A stretch of 64,000 nucleotides of DNA from an uncultured Solirubrobacterales bacterium (GTDB lineage: Bacteria; Actinomycetota; Thermoleophilia; Solirubrobacterales; Solirubrobacteraceae): NCBI GenBank assembly GCA_963697945.1, contig OY969105.1, positions 3,035,269-3,099,268 on the forward strand. Reading direction: 5' to 3'. A program made the position numbers and the translations under genes. Positions 57,885 to 64,000 of this stretch are shown here, piece after piece. Positions within the stretch are counted from its first letter, which is position 1. Each line of letters begins with the position of its first letter. Below the pieces are notes generated by a model. The model worked only from the letters and a program-made list of their open reading frames with translations, was not told where the DNA came from and searched no databases.

Positions 57885-59126
57885 ATGAGCAATAGTGTCG
57901 AGGTCTTGATCGCCACGGACAGTACGGCCGTGGTTGAGATCGATGAGTTGCAGGGAGTGATCGCAGAAGGTCAGGAACGGGGGTTCCTCACCTACGAGGC
58001 GGTCGCGTCAGCGATGGAAGAGGCCGAGCTGACGCACGAACAGACGCAAGATCTGCTCAGCTACCTGGAGGAGCACGGCATCGAGGTGCTGGCTGCGGGC
58101 GAGCCCGAGCCGAGCGTGTCCGCCGATGAGCCCCACGCGGGCCCCGGCGCCGGGCACACCGGAGTGCTGGGAGTTTCGTCCGAGGATCCTGCCCTGGCGA
58201 GCGTCGCCGGGACCGGCAACGAGGATGCGCTCGACCGGGTCCGGGGCGCGAAGACGCGGATCGAGGAGCTGCGCAAGGCCGACGTGGAACTGGGGGGCGA
58301 GCCCAGCCTCGACTCGCTGCGGCTGTACCTGCGCTCGATCGGACGAGTGCCGCTGCTGAGCGCCGAGGAGGAGGTGTCCCTGGCCAAGCGCATCGAGCGC
58401 GGCGACGTCGCCGCCAAGCAGCACATGGTCGAGGCGAACCTACGCCTGGTCGTGTCGATCGCCAAGGGATACGTGGGTCGCGGTCTGACCTTCCTGGACC
58501 TCATCCAAGAGGGCTCGCTCGGGCTGATCCGGGCGGTCGAGAAGTTCGACTACCGCAAGGGCTACAAGTTCTCCACCTACGCCACCTGGTGGATCAGACA
58601 GGCCGTCACACGGGCGATCGCCGACAAGGGACGGACGATCCGGATCCCCGTGCACATGGTCGAGCGGCTGAACAAGGTCGTCCACGCCGAGCGCGTGCTG
58701 ATCCAGCGGCTGGGCCGCGAACCCTCCGGCGCCGAGATCGCCGCCGAGCTCAAGTGCTCGATCAAAGAGGTGCGCGAGGTGATGCGCATGGCACAACAGC
58801 CGGTCTCGCTGGAGAAGCCCGTCGGCGACGAGGACGACACCGCACTGGCCGACTTCGTCGAGGACGACACCGCCGAGTCTCCCTTCGAGATCGCCTCCAC
58901 CGCGCTACGGCGCGAAAACGTCGTGCGCGTGCTCGCGGCGCTCCCACGGCGCGAGCGCGAGGTGATCGAGATGCGCTACGGCATCACCGGCGGGCGCCAG
59001 CGCACGCTCGAGGAGGTCGGGCGTGCCTTCAACATCACCCGCGAGCGCGTCCGCCAGATCGAGAACCGCACCCTCAAAAAGCTCCAAACCCTGCCCGACG
59101 CACAGCAGTTGCGCGAGGCATCGTAG
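57885..59126 (+). CDS. RpoD-like (group 1/2) sigma-70 factor
   Basis: Region 1.1 ([10 protein letters not shown]), 1.2 ([11 protein letters not shown]), 2 ([19 protein letters not shown]), 4 ([15 protein letters not shown]). Confidence 0.93.
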   Translation: MSNSVEVLIATDSTAVVEIDELQGVIAEGQERGFLTYEAVASAMEEAELTHEQTQDLLSYLEEHGIEVLAAGEPEPSVSADEPHAGPGAGHTGVLGVSSEDPALASVAGTGNEDALDRVRGAKTRIEELRKADVELGGEPSLDSLRLYLRSIGRVPLLSAEEEVSLAKRIERGDVAAKQHMVEANLRLVVSIAKGYVGRGLTFLDLIQEGSLGLIRAVEKFDYRKGYKFSTYATWWIRQAVTRAIADKGRTIRIPVHMVERLNKVVHAERVLIQRLGREPSGAEIAAELKCSIKEVREVMRMAQQPVSLEKPVGDEDDTALADFVEDDTAESPFEIASTALRRENVVRVLAALPRREREVIEMRYGITGGRQRTLEEVGRAFNITRERVRQIENRTLKKLQTLPDAQQLREAS

Positions 59127-59146
59127 GGAACGAGTTCCGTCCTGTC

Positions 59147-59162
59147 ACGAACGTATGTTCGT
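59147..59162. promoter_or_regulatory. LexA (SOS) box
   Basis: ACGAAC-GTAT-GTTCGT matches the Gram-positive/actinobacterial CGAAC-N4-GTTCG consensus; 3 nt before ATG 59166. Confidence 0.8.
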
Positions 59163-59165
59163 GTC

Positions 59166-59585
59166 ATGCAACCGCTCTCAACCCGCCGCCAGGGGGACAT
59201 TGGCGAGCTTTCCGCGATGGATTGGCTTAGTCAGCAGGGATACGGTATTTATATCCCGGTCGGTCACAGTCCCAACTGTGACGTGGTTGCCGATGCAGGC
59301 GATGCGCTTCTGCGCATTCAAGTCAAGACCTCAACGGTCTATCGGAAGTGTCGCTGGGAGGTCACCGTCTGCACCAAGGGGGGCAACAGAAGCTGGAATG
59401 GGCTAGTCAAGCGCCTCGACACATCACACATCGACTACTTGTTTGTTCTCGTTGCCGACGGTCGCCGCTGGTTCATACCTTCCTTCGCCATCGGCGGCGG
59501 CAGCGGCATTCTCCTGGGCGGTCCCAAGTACGCCGACTACGAAGTCGATCCAGGGCGACCGTTGCCATCGCAAGCGACAAGCTGA
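59166..59585 (+). CDS. PD-(D/E)XK endonuclease, I-Ssp6803I/PDDEXK_5-like
   Basis: QGDIGEL helix, P..HSPNCD, LRIQVKT, IDYLFV; acidic/QxK residues D11, E14, D39, Q52, K54. Confidence 0.82.
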   Translation: MQPLSTRRQGDIGELSAMDWLSQQGYGIYIPVGHSPNCDVVADAGDALLRIQVKTSTVYRKCRWEVTVCTKGGNRSWNGLVKRLDTSHIDYLFVLVADGRRWFIPSFAIGGGSGILLGGPKYADYEVDPGRPLPSQATS

Positions 59586-59605
59586 TCGCTATCCTCGTCC
59601 ACCCC

Positions 59606-59687
59606 GGCGGGGTTCCCGAGCGGTCAAAGGGACGAGACTGTAAATCTCGCGGCTCAGCCTTCGCAGGTTCGAATCCTGCCCCCGCCA
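59606..59687 (+). tRNA. tRNA-Tyr(GTA), CCA not encoded
   Basis: Acceptor GGCGGGG/CCCCGCC + A73; anticodon arm CGAGA-CTGTAAA-TCTCG; long variable arm; GCAGG-TTCGAAT-CCTGC T arm. Confidence 0.97.
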
Positions 59688-59778
59688 TCTTTTCGCGTCA
59701 CCCCCGGCATAAACGGCTTCGCGGTGGGATCATCTGGGTAAGTAGCACGCCATACCCAAGAGAAAAGGAGTTCCAGTC

Positions 59779-60231
59779 ATGGAGTCCTCCGCATCCCCCG
59801 CCAGTCGCGTGCTGGTCGTGGCCCACAAGACGGCGGCCACCCAACCGCTGCTCGACGCCGTCCGCGAGCGCGCCGCGCGCGGACGGTGCGTGTTCACGCT
59901 GCTCGTACCCAACGCCACCCACGGCCTGCACAAGGTCGTCGATCCCGAGGACCAGGCCGAAAGCGAGGCCCATACCGTGCTCAATCGCGCCCTGCCGCTG
60001 CTCGAAGGCGCGGCCGGGGCTCCGGTTGAGGGACTGATCGGCGATCCCGACCCGATCGCGGCCGTGCACGACGCGATCAACCTGCACGGCTTCGACGAGG
60101 TGATCGTTTCGACGCTCTCTGCGAAAGTCTCTCGCTGGCTGAGGCTCGATCTGCCGAGCAAGGTCGCGGGCATGGGCCTGCCGGTTATGACGGTTACGCC
60201 CGGCGAGAGCGTGGCTGCCGCGGCCGGTTGA
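59779..60231 (+). CDS. Universal-stress-protein-like domain protein
   Basis: AAAAGGAG RBS; RVLVVA..., GDPDP..AV.DA, FDEVIVST pattern. Confidence 0.7.
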   Translation: MESSASPASRVLVVAHKTAATQPLLDAVRERAARGRCVFTLLVPNATHGLHKVVDPEDQAESEAHTVLNRALPLLEGAAGAPVEGLIGDPDPIAAVHDAINLHGFDEVIVSTLSAKVSRWLRLDLPSKVAGMGLPVMTVTPGESVAAAAG

Positions 60232-60549
60232 CGCCCACACTCGGCCGGCGGCCGGCGGCCCAGGGCGAACGGGCGCCGAGTCGCGCGCTCGGTCACCGGC
60301 AGATCAACTGTCCAGCCCCGGGTCGCCGGTGGGGCTATCGGGCATTTTCGCCAGTCTGGGCGCCACATCTTTTGACTGGCAGTAAAATGAGAAAATGTTT
60401 CTCTCTCGGTGGCGGCTCGACGCCGGTACGCAACGCCCGGCGACACGCACGAATACCGGTTCGCAGCCCATAAGTCATGAGACAGATGTCAGTCGGTGTT
60501 TTGTCCGGCGAGCACCTGTCTGTAGACCTTCCGTCTGCCAGACGCGAGA

Positions 60550-60786
60550 GTGCGCCGCGTGAAACCACAGGAGTCCGTGCGAGCGCAGTTCGCCGAGAAC
60601 TTGCGCAGCCATCGCGAACGACTGCAGCTCTCCCAGGAAGAGCTGGCGGCGATCTGCGATTTGCACCGCACCGAGATCAGCCTGCTGGAGCGCTGCAAGC
60701 GCTCCCCGCGCCTGGAGACGATCGTGGTTCTCTCGCGCGCCCTTGGGCTCACCTGCGCGGGCGACCTGCTCACCGGTATCGGCTAA
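60550..60786 (+). CDS. XRE-family HTH transcriptional regulator
   Basis: LRSHRERLQLSQEELAAICDLHRTEISLLER; the true start may be GTG 60559. Confidence 0.85.
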   Translation: MRRVKPQESVRAQFAENLRSHRERLQLSQEELAAICDLHRTEISLLERCKRSPRLETIVVLSRALGLTCAGDLLTGIG

Positions 60787-61148
60787 ACGCGCTCGCCCTT
60801 GGCTTACGCGGCGCCTTTGCGCCGCGAGACAACGAGCGCCGCGAGGCCCGCGATCGAGCGCGCCGAGGATCAGTGCGGTGATGCCAAGGCCCTTGCTCGC
60901 CCCGCTACTCGACGTGGCGCCGGCGGGCGTCGGCCCGACCCCCTTTGATTCGGTCCGCCTGATCTGGACTCATGAACGGGGTCCGGTCACAAACCCGGCA
61001 ACCCACGCAGATGCGCACGCCGCCTGCCATGCTCACCGAGCACCCGGACCAACCCGGCCGCTCCATCCTGTCTAGTGGTCAGACCTCTGACAGTGGAGGA
61101 GGGGAGGTATCCGTCGGCCCGTGCGTCGTTGAGCGTGAATCCATGCCG

Positions 61149-61913
61149 TTACTCTTGCGTGGTCTCGCTCGCCTCCAGAGTCGAGGAAACCTTCACGAGC
61201 TCGAGCAGCTCTCCGGGTGGAGTGCCACGCAGCAGCCAGCCATCGTCTTGCTGGTTGACGAGGTTCTGCTTGGCCAGCTCGGAGAGCGCGCTGGTCACGG
61301 TCGGACGGCGTGCGGCGGCTAGGTCGGCCAGCACGTTGTGGGTGAGCGCCAGTGGGAGGTTGACTCCGTCACTGCGCACCCGTCCCCAGCGCCCGGCGAG
61401 ATGCCAGAAGAGCATGCGCAGGCGCACGTCCACGCGCGCCTGATGGACGATCGCCATGTTGACCGTCAGGTTGCGTGAGCGCTGCAGGGCGCGTCCGACG
61501 AGGCGACCGGTCAACTGGGGATAGCGCACGAGGCGTCGGGTGAACGGCTCGTCGAGGATGGCCATCCTGACGGGCTCGATGATCCGCCAGCCGGTGGTCA
61601 TCGGCAGCGTCGGTGGCTCGTCCTCGCCCTGCCATGGTCGCAGCAGATCTCCCGTTCCCAGCAACTCGGCGCCGAAGCGGCCGTCCACACCGACGCGGCG
61701 GATCAGCAAGCCGCGCAGGACAAGCAAGCCGATCCCGTCGCCCGACAGGACCGTTTGCGGCGCGCTCCAGGGTCCGCCCGGCACCGTGATCGTCCTGGCC
61801 AGGCACTCCTTGGCGGCAAGTTCGCGGCGCTCAAGTGGGATTGCCTCGGCGAGCTCTCCGTCTTCGTCCAGCACACGACACACCTCAGGCGAAGCTTGCA
61901 TGGCCGCGCTCAT
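61149..61913 (-). CDS. Crp/Fnr-family transcriptional regulator
   Basis: cNMP-binding-like GLLVLRG..ELLGTGDLL; C-terminal HTH LTHNVLADLAAARRPTVTSALSEL; start uncertain. Confidence 0.85.
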   Translation of the reverse strand: MSAAMQASPEVCRVLDEDGELAEAIPLERRELAAKECLARTITVPGGPWSAPQTVLSGDGIGLLVLRGLLIRRVGVDGRFGAELLGTGDLLRPWQGEDEPPTLPMTTGWRIIEPVRMAILDEPFTRRLVRYPQLTGRLVGRALQRSRNLTVNMAIVHQARVDVRLRMLFWHLAGRWGRVRSDGVNLPLALTHNVLADLAAARRPTVTSALSELAKQNLVNQQDDGWLLRGTPPGELLELVKVSSTLEASETTQE

Positions 61914-62099
61914 ACCCACAATCTCGCAGATCTCCCGCGGCCGACCGGCGCGAGTCGCTCCTTCACCACGCGTCATGGCAGCAGATTCGCATCAGCGAAT
62001 GTCCCGAGCATTGAGTGCAGGTCAGATTTCTGACCAGCGGACGTCGGCCCGGCCCCTCGACGGCTTGCAGCCTGTGGGCGGTCGCATACGCTCGCGTCA

Positions 62100-63941
62100 G
62101 TGATGGTGAATCCGAGACACAATCTCCAGACAGGCGTGCTCGCGAGCTGGCTCGACCGGCTGCGCCGCTCGGCAGCGCGCGGCAGCGGCGGTCTGACTGC
62201 GCTCGCGCTGTTGACCGGGGCCGGTGCGGGTCTCGGGGCGATCGCGTTTCGCTACATGATCCTCGGCTTCACCGAGCTGTTCACGGGACACAGCCAGTAC
62301 GGTGCGACCGGCCGGACGATCAACCCGCATCTCCCCGGTCTCGGTATCTGGTTCGTCCTCGCCGTGCCGATCGTGGGAGGTTTGATCTACGGACCACTGG
62401 TGAGCCGCTTTGCTCCCGAGGCCCGCGGGCATGGCGTGCCGGAGGTGATGTACGCGGTCAACCGGCTCGGTGGGCGGATGCGCCCGCAGGTACCGGTCGT
62501 GAAGTCGCTCGCCTCGGCGATCTGCATCGGCTCCGGCGGCTCGGTCGGCCGCGAGGGGCCGATCGTGCAGATCGGCTCGGCTCTCGGGTCGGTGACAGGC
62601 CAGCTGATGCGGGTATCGGAGTCACACCTGAGCCTGCTCGTCGCGTGCGGGGCCGCGGGCGGCATCTCGGCGACGTTCAACGCGCCACTCGCCGGGGTGT
62701 TCTTCGCACTGGAGCTGATCCTGCGCAACTTCGAGACGCGCTCCTTCGGCCTGGTCGTGCTCAGCTCCGTCACCGCGGATGCGATCGGCCGAGCCGCGTT
62801 CGGCAGCCACGCCTTCCTGTCGCTGCCCGCCTTCACGTTCAGCTCGCCGCTTGAGCTGTTGCTCTACGCCGGCCTCGGAGTGCTCGCCACCGGGGTCGGG
62901 CTTGGCTTCGTACGAGTGCTCTACGCCGGGGAGGACGTCTCCGACCAGATCTGGAACGGCCGCCCGGAATGGCTGCGACCCGCCGTCGGCGGCGTGCTGC
63001 TCGGACTGCTGCTGCTCGCGGTCCCCGAGATGTACGGAGTCGGCTACCCCGTGCTGGCGCTCGCGATCTCCGGCCACTACATCGTGATCGCGCTGCTCGG
63101 ACTGCTGGCCGCGAAGATCCTCGCGACGAGCCTGACGATGTGGATCGGCGGATCGGGTGGCGTATTCGCACCTTCGCTGTTCATGGGAGCGATGCTCGGC
63201 TCGGCCTACGGCGCCGTCGCGCATGAGATCGTGCCCGGCGTTGCGGTCGCCGCCGGCGCCTACGGGCTGGTGGGGATGGGCGCCGTGTTCGCCTCCTCCG
63301 CACGCGCTCCGATCACGGCCGTGCTGATCATCTTCGAGCTCACAGGCGACTACCGCATCATCCTGCCGCTGATGATCGCGATCATCGTCGCGACCGCGCT
63401 CTCAAATTCGATCACGCACGACACGATCTACACGCTCAAGCTGCGCCGTCGCGGAATCGACATCGAACGGCCACAGGGAACGCTGATGGCGCGGATCTCC
63501 GTCGCCGAGGCGCTCGGCGAGCCTCCCCGGCCACTGAGGCCCGAACAGCCGCTGCGGGACGTCCTCGGACGCTTCACCGACGAGCACGTCGACGCCCTGC
63601 CCGTGGCCGAGCGCGACGGCGCACTGCTCGGCGTGATCACCGCGATCGACATCGAGCAGGCGATCGGTGACGCCCGCGAGGGTCTCACCGCCGGCAGTCT
63701 CGTGCACGAGGTGCCCGAGTTGCGCGTCGATCAATCGCTCGAGGACGCGGTCCGTGCGCTCGCCGCCACCGACCACGAGGGCCTGCCAATCCTCGACGCC
63801 GAGGGCGAGCACGTGGTCGGATGGCTCACCCACCGTCGTCTGCTGCGCGCCTACCACGCACATCTTGAAAACAGCGCCGGGACAGCCGGTCAGCCGCAAA
63901 ACTGCCTGCCCAACGAAACCGCGCCTTGGTCAGGATTCTGA
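62100..63941 (+). CDS. ClC-family chloride channel/transporter with C-terminal CBS domains
   Basis: GHGVPE, GSVGREGP, FNAPLAGVFF, GGVFAPSL, TIYT; CBS pair (LPVAERDGALLGVIT, LPILD..VVGWLT). Confidence 0.93.
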   Translation: MMVNPRHNLQTGVLASWLDRLRRSAARGSGGLTALALLTGAGAGLGAIAFRYMILGFTELFTGHSQYGATGRTINPHLPGLGIWFVLAVPIVGGLIYGPLVSRFAPEARGHGVPEVMYAVNRLGGRMRPQVPVVKSLASAICIGSGGSVGREGPIVQIGSALGSVTGQLMRVSESHLSLLVACGAAGGISATFNAPLAGVFFALELILRNFETRSFGLVVLSSVTADAIGRAAFGSHAFLSLPAFTFSSPLELLLYAGLGVLATGVGLGFVRVLYAGEDVSDQIWNGRPEWLRPAVGGVLLGLLLLAVPEMYGVGYPVLALAISGHYIVIALLGLLAAKILATSLTMWIGGSGGVFAPSLFMGAMLGSAYGAVAHEIVPGVAVAAGAYGLVGMGAVFASSARAPITAVLIIFELTGDYRIILPLMIAIIVATALSNSITHDTIYTLKLRRRGIDIERPQGTLMARISVAEALGEPPRPLRPEQPLRDVLGRFTDEHVDALPVAERDGALLGVITAIDIEQAIGDAREGLTAGSLVHEVPELRVDQSLEDAVRALAATDHEGLPILDAEGEHVVGWLTHRRLLRAYHAHLENSAGTAGQPQNCLPNETAPWSGF

Positions 63942-64000
63942 CAATCGCGCCCCACCTTGGCCCCGCTCGATGGCATGCTCCCCAAGCCTCCGCGCATAGG

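Noticed and set aside
59606-59687. Group I intron or att-site duplication at tRNA-Tyr
   Set aside because: The tRNA is continuous, the nuclease lies outside it, and no second copy of its 3' end was seen in the window
60550-60786. XRE protein as a restriction-modification controller (C protein)
   Set aside because: The sequence is similar in style, but no methyltransferase or restriction gene is adjacent and no clear C-box was found
60787-61148. Possible CDS between the XRE and Crp genes (60743-61075, 60972-61322)
   Set aside because: No motifs or convincing RBS, and the ORFs overlap better-supported genes

Overview
High-GC actinobacterial chromosomal window. Gene content and protein style suggest Thermoleophilia/Solirubrobacterales (inference). 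The core is one minus-strand block: rpmG-secE-nusG-rplKAJL-rpoBC, rpsLG, fusA-tuf, the S10, spc and alpha operons, then truA-surE-ligA. It is flanked by two apparently identical 975-bp IS982-family elements, both in CTAG sites that coincide with stop codons. The left flank carries lipid and cell-wall genes. The right flank carries clpP, an aldo/keto reductase, pgsA, folE2, a sigma-70 factor, a PD-(D/E)XK nuclease, tRNA-Tyr and accessory genes (USP-like, XRE, Crp/Fnr, ClC-CBS). The most unusual signals are non-coding. (1) Three intergenic arrays of 144-146 bp, each made of six head-to-tail 22-24-bp palindromes centred on RCATGY, with different but mirror-matched arms. (2) Four copies of a 103-106-bp structured element with variable, compensating stems and conserved purine-rich loops, each starting at the stop codon of an upstream gene. 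(3) A free-standing I-Ssp6803I-like nuclease gene with a LexA (SOS) box at its start, 20 bp upstream of tRNA-Tyr. Also noted: the str operon is split by an MFS-MarR cassette, fusA has a leader with a terminator, and several ribosomal proteins have long low-complexity extensions. No CRISPR array, rRNA or integrase was seen. All calls come from reading the sequence; no database search was run.
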